A stretch of DNA of 64,000 bases. Origin: Octopus vulgaris. Lineage: Eukaryota. The position numbers and the translations under genes are program-made. Shown here in pieces: positions 1-13,355 of the stretch (positions are counted from its first letter, which is position 1; every line of letters starts with the position of its first letter). The stretch spans positions 55,986,001 through 56,050,000 of the forward strand of contig OX597815.1 in assembly GCA_951406725.2 (NCBI GenBank), given 5' to 3'. The notes under the pieces are model-generated. The model did not search any database. It was given only the letters and a program-made list of their open reading frames with translations, and was not told where the DNA came from.

Positions 1-89
1 AGTCACAAAAGATTAAAAAGTGTAGTTGAGGAAAACTTAACTGACATGGAAACCATTCGAATATTGGAATAAAGTTACCTGTATCACGA

Positions 90-380
90 TGATTTGCACA
101 GGGTATCAAAATACAGACAATGTGGTTACTGCTCAAAGTCCTGTGAACACTGTAAAGGCTGTATGACATGTCTCACATATCATGAAAACCAAGTTCACCC
201 AAAATGTAATGGCCTTTGTGGATGTCTCCAGTGATGGTGATGTTATGCTGCCCCACATCTTTGCACAAGGCCTTAAACTCAATTTAGATGGCTGGAGACT
301 GTGACCAATCTTTGTCAGAAAGGGTTACTGCTGGAAGGCATAAGTGCTGCAGCAGCATTTGGCAGATAAAATTTGGTTTA
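90..380 (+). mobile_element. Degenerate Tc1/mariner-superfamily (maT/DD37D-like) transposase remnant
   Basis: Manual translation from 182 gives MKTKFTQNVMAFVDVSSDGDVMLPHIFAQGLKLN, followed by ERVTAGR.*VLQQHLA. This resembles the KTKFP..VMV.G.VSS.G.VMPPH.F and AGRPYVWQQDSAP motifs of DD37D transposases. Stops and frameshifts are present. Confidence 0.6.
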
Positions 381-2439
381 TGAGTCAATATCTCTGCACA
401 CTGGACACTAACAGGCTTATCAGAAGAGAATGTGCATTGTTTCAGGACCTTCCTTTCAACAGTATTATTACGTACACCCCCACCTCCGCACACACACACA
501 CACACTTCACTGAGATGAAGCCCCACTTGTTAGATCAACATAACTAAACTTCCCTCAATATCCTTCTAGCCATTGCTCATCTCTTTTTAAAGCAAATCCA
601 GAAGCTTGCCTTTTCCACTGGATATCGCTCAGTAGTCTTAATATCGCTCAGTATTGTATTTGCCTTAAATTGGCCTAGTGACAAAGGTTCAGTCGATGTT
701 GGAGGTTTAATGGATGTTGTTTTGCAAGTTACTTGCAAATAAACACTTATTACAATTATTACACTTCGTATTTCAAGATGTACCTCAGTTCGGGATCTGT
801 TTTAGTGCATAGGGTGTGTACTTTTTAGTTTGCATTACCTTTCTTGGTGAAGTACCTACCTTTCTTTATACTTTCTATATTATAATGACTTTGAATGATT
901 GTGTTTCATACATAGAGTGGTAAAAGGAGACAAACCAGTAGTTTTTCAATTTAGCCAGATGTTACTCACTATACTATTGTACAATTCCTATTTCAATAGT
1001 TTGAACAAAACAACAAAACAAAACAAAAGAAGAAAGTAGAGGTTATTAAAATTTCAAATGAGAATAATTAAAAGTTCAGAACCTAGCATAAAATTATGAA
1101 ATCAAAGAGATGGAACAAAGAATAATAAGGGAAATTTGAATGTGACTTATTCATTGAAATTGCCAAATTACAAATAGAATTGTTTTCTTTTGTTCACTTC
1201 CATTTTCTTCCTATATCAACACAGAGTGCAGGAGGATGAATTCCACATTAACTTTTCAGTGTCAATGCTACGATAAAACAGCAATTTAGTTTTTGAAAAA
1301 CATTTTTAAATATCTTTGTTATTCGATTTCTGTGAAAACAATTCATTAGCAAGTGTTCTAAAAAGACATGAAATATGTGAAATTCCATAAAAACAATGGT
1401 AAAATGAAATAAACCCCAACTTTATTATTTAGTTAAAGATATAGCAAATACTGTAGAACAGAATAAGTTCCTAGCAAACTGAACCAGTGACCTGAGTTCA
1501 AGTCTGGCCGTTGCTTCACTTATATTGCTAATTAATGACCATTCCCTGTTTCCTTATTTCTCAAGCAGATACCATTGATCACGAAAGTTCAAGCAGTTCA
1601 TTAACAGAAAGGTTACATAAATAATTATCTACACATGAAAGAAAATGAACAAGCACACTGAATTTAGATACATGAAAAATGTAAGTTACAGAGAAACGAA
1701 AAGCAAGTAATTGTGGTTTTAAGTTCATCTTCAAGTGATAGTTCAGTGCATTCCTGTGATTCATTTAGCAAATAAGTGTAAGCAATATCTGGTAGAGAGA
1801 TGAGTTACCTCTCACTATACAGCCATGTCTGCCTCTATATGGTTGTTGTTGAGATATGGCCCAAATCAGCTCTGATTGAGCAAATTTATTAAATTCTATG
1901 TTTGGGGAGCATCTCTAATTCTAAAATGTGTTATAAGAATATGTAAATTTACTACACAATGTTTAATATACCTAGGTTCAATGATGACTGAATTCATATG
2001 CATTATTTTTATTTTAGAAATATATTTATCAAATTGATATAACAGTTTAAATAAAGACTGATTGGACTATATACCTAATTTTGTGCTGTTTTGTATATAA
2101 TTTTTTCTCTTATACAATCCTGCTTATTCTCTACTTCATTCCAGCAATATAGATAGTCTCCATTTCATGTATCAATCTTCAGTTTTTGATAAACTATTAT
2201 GACTAGATTTTTCATATTTTCCCCCTTTTACTGAAATCATTCATTACTTTTTAACACACAGCAGTCAATATATCACTCTGGAATGTATGGTAGTAATTTA
2301 TATATATATAACTTTATTTCATGACTCATTTATCATCATAGTCTACAATAATATTAATGTAGTTATCATATTTTTGAAGGTATATGAGACTTTAATACAA
2401 ATGAACATTTAAGACATTTGCACACTGCTTTCTATTAAT

Positions 2440-5400
2440 AATATAATGAAATTATTGTATGCAGTGCTCAGGTGCACCACAACTTGTCAGTAAGTGCGCA
2501 TAAAGTACATGCAGTAATGTACAAATGTCTGGAAAGTGAACAATGTATGAGTCAGATACATGCTTGTGTGTGTATGGAGGGGAGAAAATCAGGTGTAGTG
2601 TTGGCGAATCTCAGAAAGCATGGAAGTTTTGAAGGATGCAGTGCTCCGACAACTAACAACTGATGCCAGCAGTTTGTTCCATGCTTCAGCAACTCTCAGC
2701 GTGAAAAAATGTTTCCTGAAGTCATGGGAGCTGTGCTGTTTTCTGACTTTGTAAATATGTCCACGGGTGTTAGATGGGTGGAGTTTGAAAAGGTGCTCAG
2801 AGTTATTGTTTGTACGATGGTTGATAATTTTATGGGTGTCTGCCAAGTCAGCTGCCAGACGTCGGAGTTTCAATGTGTCCATGCCCAGGGAAGTAAGGCG
2901 TTCAGAATATGGCAAATGCCTGATGGAGGGTATTCTTTTGGTTGCACGTCGCTGAACGGCTTCCAGACGATTGATATCCTGGGCAAGATAGGGGTTCCAG
3001 ACCGGTGATGCAAATTCCAGGTGAGGTCTTACCATAGCTATATAAAGCCGCAGATAGATAGTTGGAGAGCGGCTCACAAAGGACTTGGTGAGTGATGCCA
3101 AGACACCATCAGCCTTCTTGACAATTTTAGCGATGTGTTTTGTCCAACGCAAATCACTGTCGACAATAACACCCAGGTCACGTTCACATGAAGACTTTTT
3201 GAGACTAGTGTTGTGGAGGGAGTAGGTGGACGCTGGGTTTCTCCTCCCAAAATGCATGGTGGTACATTTGTCCACAGCCAGCTTGAGTTGCCAGTCCATG
3301 ATCCACTGCTGCATTGTGTCCAGGTCTGATTGCAATAGAGATCTATAGTGTACAGGATCTGACCTCTTTATTTCGAGGTACAGCTTGATGTCATCTGCAT
3401 ATTTCAGCACTGTGGCATTCTTTAAGTTGGCATCTATGTCATTAACATATGCAACAAATAAAAGGGGGCCAAGAACAGATCCCTGTGGTACACCAGATGT
3501 CATCTCATAGGGTGAAGAGTGCTGTCCTAGAACTGTGACAACCTCTTTTCGGCCGAAAATAAAGGACTTCAACCAGTTATAGAGTTCGTCTCTTACGCCC
3601 AATGCAGAGAGCTTCACCATAAGTCTTTTGTGTGGCACAGAGTTAAAAGCCTTAGCAAAGTCCAGGTAAACAACATCCACCCAGGATCCGCGATCAGTGA
3701 TTTGGGTAACGTCCTCAAGAAACTCAATGAGTTGATTACAGCAGCTGGAGTTAGGAATAAATCCAAATTGTGACGGCTGGATGAGGCTGTGAGACTTCCA
3801 GAAGTTCCAGAGGGTTTCCTGATACAGGATTCCATCAGTTTGGTGATGCAGCTAGTAAGACTAACGGGGCGATAGTTGACAGGCGATGTGCGGTCACCTT
3901 TTTTGAACAGAGGGATAACACTGGCAGTTTTCCACTGCTCTGGAGTAACACCATTGTCAAGACAGAATTGGAAGAATAGAGAAAGTTGGCTTAGAAGAAA
4001 GTACCCACCGTGTTTGAGAAGTAGGTATGTAACACCATCGAGACCAGGAGAGGCATAGTTGCGTTTATTCTTAAGGTGGTGTTGTAGCATTGCTGGTGTA
4101 AATTGCATAGTAGATATAGAGTCCGATGTCAGTGGTGATGAAGATGGAACATTTTGGTCTTCGACAGTAAAGATGCCAGCATAGCATCCAGCAATGATTT
4201 CTGCACATTCTTTGGGATTGCCAGTAATCTGTCCTGTGTGGGAATTGCGAAGGGGACCAACTGGAGAGTGAGGTCTCTGCTTTGAGTGTACATACTTCCA
4301 GAACACTTTGCTGTCAGGGTTAGTTGCAATGCGTTGTTCAAATTCAAGCACTGCCTTTTTTGTCACCTGCTTGAGGTGGTTGGCTGACCTATTGCGCTTT
4401 TTCCTGTTGCTCTCTGATTTGTGCAATTTGTATTCCTGTTCAGCATTATGGCATTCTTTCCTGGCAAGTTGGACTGCTGCAGTTTCCCAAATTGCACTAT
4501 TGGGTGGTTTTTTGTGCTTGCGTGGTACTGATGCTACACATTGCGTGGTACTGATGCTACATATGCCGCCCATATTGAATTCAGGATGTTCTGGAATATA
4601 GTGTCCATATCTCCAGAGGCATAAAATTCGAGCCAGTTTGGGCGTTGCAGCTCAGTACAATAAGAGCTCCAGTCTGCTTTATTCCAGTCAAAGCAGGGAG
4701 TCTGAAGATGGTTGTGGTTTTTGTTACAACCAATCAGAGACAAGTCGGCCATGATCATGGAATGATCAGAGTCACCTAAAGGTTCTTCAGTAGTGACACT
4801 AATGATTGTTTCAGGAGAAGCGGTAAGTAGTAGATTTAAAGTGTTGTTACCCCTTGTGGGGGAGGTAACGACTTGGGACCAATTTGAATTCAGCACCAGT
4901 TCAAGGAAATCATCTGCACTTTGCGGCCAATGGAAAGCCTCCCAGTCAATCTCAGGGAAATTGAAATCGCCCGCAATATAAACATACGTGGCTGTTTTCA
5001 TAGCAGCAGCTCTGAGGATATCAAAAAGCTGTGCGTCTTGACGATAATTTTTTTTTGGTGGGGGGGCAGTAAACAACTCCAAGCAGAAGTGTTGACATGG
5101 TCATGTGTATATTGCAGAAAAATATTTCCTGCTGAGATTGGTTCAAATCATCACAGGGGATTGCCAATAGATTTGATCGAACATAAATCATCACACCCCC
5201 TCCACAGCAATTAATGCGGTCTTTGCAGAACAGGTTGTAGCCGGCTATGCTGAAAACTCCATCACAGAGTGCAGAATGTGCCCATGTTTCCATGACTGTG
5301 ATGAAATCTGGGTTGATACTTTTGACGTAAGAGTCAAAAAGATGCACCTTTGTTGCATAAATTACAGGAATTCAAGGACAGCAGTTTGTATCTGGATTTC

Positions 5401-6075
5401 AGATGATGATATACAGGGGATGGCTGATTGTTCTTGGTTAGTTTCCCAAGATTTTTGTATTGCCAGTTGTTGTTGTGGGTGCAGTTTGCTCAGTCCAACT
5501 GGTATCCCTTATCCACAACTCACCAGACTTGACAAATTTCCAGATTTGCCCATCATCGCGGAGGCTAAAACTTTCCTGTGCCACAGAGTTGTGATTTAGG
5601 GAAGCTATATATCTTAGCTTTGGGCGTGCATCAGGTGTTAGGCCAGGACATGTCCTAAAGGTGATCCTGTTGTCGCGCCGAGCTCTATCAGCAGCCAGAT
5701 GGAATGCCCGCGCCTCAGTAGTGTTTGTAAACATCAGCCTGATCAGCCTGGGTTTGGATCCTGGTCGGCCTGCAGATCTACCACATCTTCCGGCACTCCA
5801 ATGGCTGTTACTTCATGAGTGAGTGGTTGGTTCAGCAACTCCCTCGATGCGTTGAGGTTCCGTACGAGCTACAGGTAAGTTGCTGAGCAAGGCACTCCGA
5901 TAGGACCCCTCGCTGTGAGTTTTCACACAGACGCTGGTTCTGGTTACTGCTATTTCACGACTCAAAGCAGAAATCATTTGTCTAATTTCTGCAACTTCTG
6001 TGCTGATGGTCGATTTCTGGTTTAGTTGAGAAGTATCAGGAGGGGAGGGCATAGTTGGCTTTTGTTCCTGCTGAT
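2440..6075 (-). mobile_element. Near full-length CR1-clade LINE (ORF1 remnant, APE and RT), frameshifted
   Basis: ORFs 5021-5347 and 4534-5082 carry APE motifs (ETW, GDFN, GDSDH). ORFs 3614-4573 and 2589-3680 carry RT motifs (NYRPVSLTS, YLDFAKAF, GVPQGSVLGP, YADD, DLGV, VRPHLEFA). ORF1-like pieces lie at 5438-6052. The 3' end is shared with the copy at 59024-59735. Confidence 0.93.
2589..5347 (-). pseudogene. CR1 ORF2 (endonuclease-reverse transcriptase) split over four frames
   Basis: Consecutive ORFs 5021-5347, 4534-5082, 3614-4573 and 2589-3680 concatenate to an APE-RT polyprotein. One frameshift coincides with a 23-bp tandem duplication at 4518-4563. Confidence 0.9.
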
Positions 6076-6639
6076 AAACAAGTTATAAGTGACAATCTTA
6101 CATGAAGTGGTATCACTAACAATTAAGATGTACATGTATTTTGCAACAGCTTAAATCTGCAAACATTGCAGATCTACTCAAAATCTAACCATAACTTCAA
6201 TGTTTAATCTTTTTCATTGAGCAATCTCAAGCATATCAGTTTGTTGATAACTTCACTGATGTGACTGAATACAACATATGAATAGTAGACTGAATGCTGA
6301 AAACAATTAGGACAATGAGATAAAGTACTTTAGTTTACACAGCTTGAAAATTATTTAATAGTCTTTCTTTAAAGCTAAAAGCAACACCTTGCCTCTCTTG
6401 CAACTGTCTCCCTGCCAGCCACCACTTGCTCTCACACACACTCCGGTAGCTCACTGATGCTGCTGCTGGGAACAACATCATCACTCACAGGTTTTGTCTG
6501 TGGATCCATTCAAACAGATCAGTTTTAAATTCCTGATAAAAATAACTTTTGAAAAAAGCAAAAAAGCTCTGAAACTATTGTTATAATGAAGGATATTTTT
6601 GTCACTGATGCTTTGTTTTCTTTGTTTTTTTTTTATTTT

Positions 6640-7400
6640 TTAAAACTCAATTGCACTGCCTACTATCATCTCTAAAGTAATGGAAATAATAATGTTGTTC
6701 TTCAACACCTTCAATCGCCCTCTCTTCTCAATTACCAATAGTAGAGCTTCCACAGAACCAGGTCCATTAGAGACCCACTTGCTTATGTCACTCGCCACTG
6801 AGTTTTCCCTTTAGAGCAGTTTGATGAAGTAACACTTTAGATATCAGCAAATCTTTCAACTGTGTCTAGCATGCAAAACTTCAATCAAAACCACCTGCTT
6901 ACTCATTTTTCACATTTTGAATCAGTAGCTTCAGTGTTAATGGAGCTCTTTCCTCCAAACTGGCAATTAATTTTGGTGTTTCTCTAGGATTCATCTTTGT
7001 CCCCATTAACTTTTGTTTATATGTTAATGACTTTCATACAAACACATTCAAGAATGCCAAATCTTGTGTATACTATACAGTCTTTCATTCCTCCCTAACC
7101 TTACTCAATCATGCATTAACCACATGCAACATTGACATCCAACTGGCATTACTACAAACGGAGACCTTGAGTGCATCCCCCAGTGGATTCATACCAAGCA
7201 TGTGTCTTTTAACAAAAAAAAATAAACTCAAGCTTGACTTATATCAAGAAAAAAACCTACCATAAACACCACACTCAAAACATGAGTGGTATTCAGTTAG
7301 AGCCCCTATGGCTGCACCAAATGCTAAGCCTCTCACATTATCAGAAAATTCATTTAATTTAACTGAGTAGCTTAGTGCATTATCTAAAAGAAGATATTAT
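6640..7400 (+). mobile_element. Very old LINE RT fragment (CR1/L2/Jockey group)
   Basis: Degenerate motifs DISKSFNCV*H (~6840-6872; cf. DISKAFDRVWH) and GVSLGFIFVPINFCLYVND (~6974-7030; cf. GVPQGSVL.P.LF.LY.ND). Confidence 0.65.
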
Positions 7401-7579
7401 ATCTAAACAGAAATATATCTGGCACTGTACCTTTCCACAGTAGGACAAAATTGTTTGTAAACAACTATTCAAAATGACTCTTTGTCAACCATTCCCTCTT
7501 ATTTGAATGCCAAATCAGGGATGGATTAAACTTTACTTAACTCTTAAAAGCCCTTGGGTTTTTAGAGTGATACATACGT

Positions 7580-8103
7580 AAGGGCGTTAATTTTAATATC
7601 ACCAGCTGCATTTCATCACAGAAATGCCTAACGATTTTTGGAAGCTTTAAATCTTGATGTTAATTTTTCTCTTTAAAAAATAAAAGTTCCGGCAGGTGTA
7701 TACTTCTTGAAAAGTGGAGTTTCATCAACATTGTATACACACTTTAGTATATGGCCACCTTTAGCATTTTTTTTTTCAGCTGCTCAGTATAATTAGTAAC
7801 AGCACTGGCAGCTTCACCTGTCATTTTTATGTCAAACAAATTTAAGCATGTTCTTAAACCTTTCAAGCCAACTCTTACAGTATTTTGTAGCCAGAAAAAG
7901 CTTTCCATTATAAATTTCATCTTTCTTTTTCTGCAAATTATCAGATAAACTTTTGGCACATTATGTTGAATTTTATTCTCAATCCATACACTCAACAGCC
8001 GTTCCATTTTAAGAAGCACATTAGACCTCTGTGAAAATAAGGTTTGGGCAGTTAACAGAATAGTTTCTTGAGACCTTGATTTAATGTTCTCACTATTGTA
8101 CAA
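7580..8103 (-). mobile_element. Tigger/pogo transposase remnant
   Basis: ORF 7744-8103 has CENP-B-type HTH text (KMERLLSVWIE, IKMTGEAASA). The adjacent frame gives VYNVDETPL (first D of the pogo DDE domain) and FKASKNR. Confidence 0.75.
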
Positions 8104-8527
8104 TCATCCTGGTACTATTGTAGTTGTTCTTGGTAGATTATCCAAAAGTTGGTGTGCTGTTAGTGGTGGTAGTGTTGGTTGTATTGGATGTATTTATTGA
8201 TTTGGTGTAGACAGTGAGGGTGATGAGAGTAGTATTGTTTGTGGCAGCAGTGGTCATATTGTTCTTGCTACTTGTATTGTTGTTGCTGTTTAATCTCAGT
8301 TCAATCCTCACTGATCTAATATCAAAGACATTTTATTCAACTTATAAAATACCTTAGGGTACTATATTGTTTCATGTGATTGTCATTTATTTTAGATGAG
8401 TTCTTTATTTAACTTATACTACTGTTGCTGTTGATCATTAAGAAGTTGGTGGGTTGGTAATAGCAGTGGTTGTATTGGTTGTGGTGTTGATGGTGATTGT
8501 GATAGTATTAATGATAGTGACAGGTTT

Positions 8528-10772
8528 AGATAGATAGATAGATAGATAACTTTCTTCATTGGCCACACAGGGCTGGACACAGAGGGGACAATTACAAATG
8601 TATGGCTTTTCTTTTCGGAGATGGAAAAAGAAAAAGAAAAAAAAAAGGAAACAAATGTAAAATTTCGATCAAAAGGGATAGGAAGGAAAAAAAAAAGACG
8701 ATCAAAAGGGATCGTGTATCACGGAAAGAAAAAAAATTTTTTTTTTCAAAGTAACAAGATTAGGTTCATCCGTGGAAAGAAAATCCTACAGAAAAGACCA
8801 CGGTAACCTCAGGCAGGGAGGAAATAGACACTCTCTCTCTCTCTCTTTTACGATTTACAGGATCATGCTCAAAGTGGATTCGTCACTCGCACGCACCATC
8901 TTTGCTACATTCACCCACCTTTTTTTGAAAGTTTCACGAGACAAAACCTGCCTTTCCATTCTCACCTTCCTTTTCAAGTGGTACTTGAAAAAGTTGATGA
9001 GCGATTGGCCAGAGAGGTAAGTGTTTGTCTCTAATCCTTTCGCTCGAGTCCACCACACACATTCTTTCACCATAGCCACCAGTACGATGAAAACTGCCTT
9101 GCCTTCCGGGTTGAGGGAAGGGGGCGATGCAATTTTCAACATCAGGGTCAGGTGTCTCTCGTCGACGCCCAGAGACGTCGTAACACCTCCTCTCCACTAA
9201 TCCTCTATAGAACGCCTTTGTTGTAATGGAGTCGCACAAATTGTAATGGAGTCGCACAAATTTGGTCCCGGACGGCAGAGTTGCTTGAGAGCAACGCGAC
9301 ACTCACGGTGCCATTCGCCTAGCCTCGGTCTCTGTTTGATCCATGACTGCAGTTCGGCCAAGGAGACGAGCTGCGGGAAAGTGCGTCACACAAAAGGCGA
9401 CCACACCTGTTCACCATCGTCTATGAAGTGCCGGAGATGTCGCAGTCTCAGCGCATGTCTGCGCATCATCAACCACGGCATGCCTAGCCCTCCATTTAGC
9501 GGGTGTTGACAGCAAATGGATCGCCTAACCATCGGAACGCTTCTCTTCCACAAGAAGCGGAAGAGTATGCATTCCAGCTTGGTGATGGTAGGGTCGGGAC
9601 AAGGCACGACGGTCAGGCGGTACTCGATGAGGGATGCGATGTACGAGTTCGCCAACTCCGCCCGACCTTTTAGGGATAGCTTCCTCTCAGCCCATTGCTG
9701 GGTGAGAGTGGCCACCCTAGTCGTTATTTCGCCCCAGTTCTTCTCCATTTGAAGGTCTGGACCGAACCAGACTCCGAGCAATTTAACCGGTCCGTCTGTC
9801 CAGTGTCCCACGATGGAGATGCTGTTGGACGGCATGGGCTTGCTTCTCCAGGTGCCGGGCCGCAAGCCCACTGACTTTTCCCGGTAATTTTTGCTCCCGT
9901 TACCGCTTCATATTCTTTTAGTGTCTCGCCGACCAGGTTGATGTGCTTGTGGCTCGACACTATGATGGTGACGTCGTCCGCGTATGCAGACACGCTCCTC
10001 CAGCATCCAAGCTCTCGTGAGATGCCCCTCAGCATCGCCAGTTTCCGCAGTAGTGGTTCAAGAGCCAATACATACAGAAGCAATGAGAGGGGGCATCCTT
10101 GACGAACCGAACGCATGATGTTAAAAGGTCTGGAAAGATGACCATTTATGCGAACTACCGAGCGGATGCCGCTGTATAAGGCAGTGATCTAACCGCGGAA
10201 GATGGGACCAAAACCAGCCGTTTTAAGGACACCCTCCAAGTAGTGATGGTCTACCCTATCGAAGGCTTTTGATTGATCCAAATTGATCAGCGCCCCACCC
10301 ATGCCAGGATCCTTAACTATCTTGTCTATGATGTAGCGCATCAGATGGAGGTTGTCATGGATACTCCTACCCGGCACGGCGCACGTTTGCGCCTTGTCAA
10401 CTAGTTTCTCGATGACAAGCGCCAACCTCTCGGCTAACACCTTGGCCAAATTTTCCAATCTGCGTTGAGCAGAGTGATGGGCCTGAAGTTATCTATGACA
10501 TCCCTCTTGTTTGGATCCTTCTTTAGCAGTGCCACTGCTCCTTGCTTTACAAAGGCGGGGATACTCCCGTTTTGCTGCCAGTTGCAGTAGACAGCTGCCA
10601 AAACACCTCCAAACAAGTCTGGCATATGACAATAAAGTTCGTAGGGCAGACCATCCAGGCCTGGTGACTTGTCTCTCGCGCAGCCTGCCATCGCATCCCG
10701 TACGTCCGCGGCTGTGATGGGTTTTTCACAACACTTCGCCTCTCTTGCTGAGAGCCCCACAATTGAGGCACA
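8528..10772 (-). mobile_element. Tx1-clade LINE, 5'-truncated ORF2 plus 3' end with (TATC)n tail
   Basis: ORF pieces carry KSPGLDGLPYE, NFRPITLLNAD, LDQSKAFDRVDH, SVRQGCPLS, AYADD, KLLGVWFG, LSLKGRA and GGLGMP. The terminus reads TTGTCCCCTCTGTGTCCAGCCCTGTGTGGCCAATGAAGAAAG (8551-8592), followed by (GATA)n on + at 8528-8548. Confidence 0.92.
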
Positions 10773-11580
10773 TTTCGAATCGGCTAGCGTAGCCAAGGGG
10801 ATATCTATCAAACGCTGAAGAATGAATGAAGAGATAATGCTACTGCCCACTTACTTGGGTCGCAGGACCGCAAAAGTGACAGTTGACGAGATCCGGGTTG
10901 GGTATGAGGTAATGTGGTTAGCGGCTGCGGTAGTGTACGACGTGGAGGAAGAAATTTCAATCCTACAAATGAGGAAAAAAGAAGCGGTAAACTGGCGAGG
11001 ACATTCGTAGGAAATGGTCATTCAAGTGGCCAATGAGACCCATTGAAAATTTGCCCGATAGAGTGTTTGTAGGATAGGGTCTAACCATGCAGGTAGCTGT
11101 GGAAGGATGTAGGCCCAGGTGCATCAAATGTGGAGAGAAGGACCACGTCCGTTCCAAATGCACCAGAAAAAAAAAGATGGCGAGGCCCCTCCCCAAAAAG
11201 CTACGAACGAGAAGAACATGACAAAGAAAGCAAATGACAGAGAGGGAAACACAAAAAGGAAAGTCCGAGTAGAAACTAAAGCAGACACGAGTAAAGACAA
11301 CGAAGAAATGGACTTCACCACAGTCACCCACAAAAGACAAAGGATTATTGTTCCCGATTCCTCTCCCCAAGCAAAAAAAAAATCAACAAAAACAACGTTA
11401 GTAAACATACGCAACCAAACTCCCCTATCCAAGCATCATGGCAAAACTATTTGACAAACTTCTCCCTAAATTACATGAAAGAAATGTGATGTTCAATGAA
11501 AATAACGTATCGTTAGCAACACTGATCAGGCACTAACACACGGCAAGAGTTTATAGACAATGTAAAGACACATCAAAAGA
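10773..11580 (+). pseudogene. Tx1-type ORF1 (gag-like, CCHC zinc knuckle) fragment
   Basis: LLPTYLGRRTAKVTV (ORF 10822) matches LLPSYLGKKTTRISV of ORF 13997-14773. VAVEGCRPRCIKCGEKDHVRSKC (~11093-11160) is a CX2CX4HX4C knuckle followed by a charged low-complexity tail. Confidence 0.8.
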
Positions 11581-11587
11581 TGTAAGA

Positions 11588-13250
11588 TTGCTGCCGAAGC
11601 TGGAGAAGTTGGGAGGCAATCCAAATGAAATCGGACGCGATAAGTCGGTCTCTGCTTACGTGGATGACGTCACCTTCATCATGTCCAATGAAGCGCAGCT
11701 ACCTTGTGTAGAAGACGCTATCAAAGGATATGAGGCGGTGGCAGGGGCAAAAGTTAACAAGGACATGTCCATCGGCTTTCGCCTAGGTACCTTGAGGAGC
11801 AAGTCGATATCGTCCAGTGTCGTGGACAGATGGTCCTGTTAAGTTGCTTGGAGTTTGGTTTGGACCGGACTCCCAGACAGAGAAGAATTGGAGCGAGGTG
11901 GCAGACAAGGTATAGGCTCTAGTACGGATTTGGTCCGGAAGGGCTCTGTCCTTGAAAGGAAGGGCGGAGGTGGTACAGGTGTTTATTGCATCTGTCATCA
12001 CCTACTGCCTGACCGTTTTCCCTTGCCCCGATTCATTGTTTAGTAAGTTGGGGCGCCTCTTTTCCGCTTGTTGTGGGAGGAAAGCCACTTGTGAGGCGCT
12101 CCGTTTGTTGCCAGGAACTTCTAAAGGCTTTCTGGCTAATGATGCGCAGCCGTGCGTTGAGGCTGAGGCATCTCTGGCGTTACCTGGAGGGTGATAAAGT
12201 GTGGAATCCACTGGCAGATGAATTCTTTCCGCGACCAGCCTCTTCGGAGCGACTTAAACCCGGTTTCATTAAAAGACGTAATCTGACTGAATGGCATAAG
12301 GAGTGTCGACAGGAACTCTTGCTTATCCACAAGACAGGCAATGCCGGCAGTTGGAATACCTCTTCGGTTTTGTATAGAGGGTTGGTAGAGCATAAAAACG
12401 ATGACACCCTAGGAGGGGCTCTGGGTTTGATGAGAACCAACTTGCCAACCTGTTCAAAAACTTTCGGACCAGGATATTTGGATAATTACAAAAAATCCTT
12501 GACCTGGCAGTGCTACAGGAACGCTTTCCCTATTCGCAATAAGTTATACAGGCTCTGAATGTCAGTGCCAACGATATGTCCAAGATGTGGACTGGACGAT
12601 GAAACCGTCCAGCACGCTTTTGTACATTGTCGTCAGCTGCCAGTCTTGATAATTTACGTCGAACACGTGTTGTCGCATCTGGGAAGAGTACAGGTATCGG
12701 CTGAATCTATAATAAAGATTGTACCGCCAAGTGGACTCTCGAATGAAGGTGAGGTATGTTTTTTTCTGTACAGTTACTGTGCTGAAAGAATGTGCGTGGG
12801 AGACTAGAATGCCAGTACTTGTGACGAGCTAATTCATCTCTGGCCCTGGTTTGCTACAATTCTTCAGATATTATCTGAAAAGCAAGATAGGGCTGGGGAA
12901 GAGAATCCTGTCGCGAAGTGTGTTTGAGGAATGATGGAAGGCTGTGTTAAGAAAGGTGGGTGCAAGTAACCCTACTTAATCTGCATAGGAAAAAAAGGAA
13001 AGGGGTAGTCGCTGGGCCTTTGAGGGAACCGGGCGTAATCCCTTCCCCAAAAGAGAAAAGGCTATAAATGGAAAGTAATCATTTCACAAAAATTTTTAAA
13101 TAAGGATCATTCGAACTCATATTAACGTTTTTGTATATGTTGTCCTGTGCTGTACCATCTATGTGTGACATTTATTGTCTTAACTAGCATTATGACCCGG
13201 CAACGCCGGGTCATAGTGCTAGTTTGGTATAAATTTCTTAAATTAAAAAT
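11588..13250 (+). mobile_element. Tx1-clade LINE, C-terminal half of ORF2 plus 3' UTR (second subfamily)
   Basis: SAYVDDVT, KLLGVWFGP, LSLKGRAEV and the CPRCGLDDETVQHAFVHC zinc finger. The 3' UTR is highly similar to 16222-16560. Confidence 0.9.
13182..13224. repeat. 20-bp-stem hairpin (possible minimal Helitron/Helentron-type end) in the Tx1 3' end
   Basis: AACTAGCATTATGACCCGGC-AAC-GCCGGGTCATAGTGCTAGTT, 19/20 complementary. It is absent from the paralogous 3' end at ~16545-16560. Confidence 0.75.
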
Positions 13251-13355
13251 TTGGGGTAATAAAACATACAATGACATATTAAAAAGACGAATTAAAATTC
13301 CAGAGAAAAATACATAGAAGATAAATATACAAATTTACAAAAATACATAAAAGTT

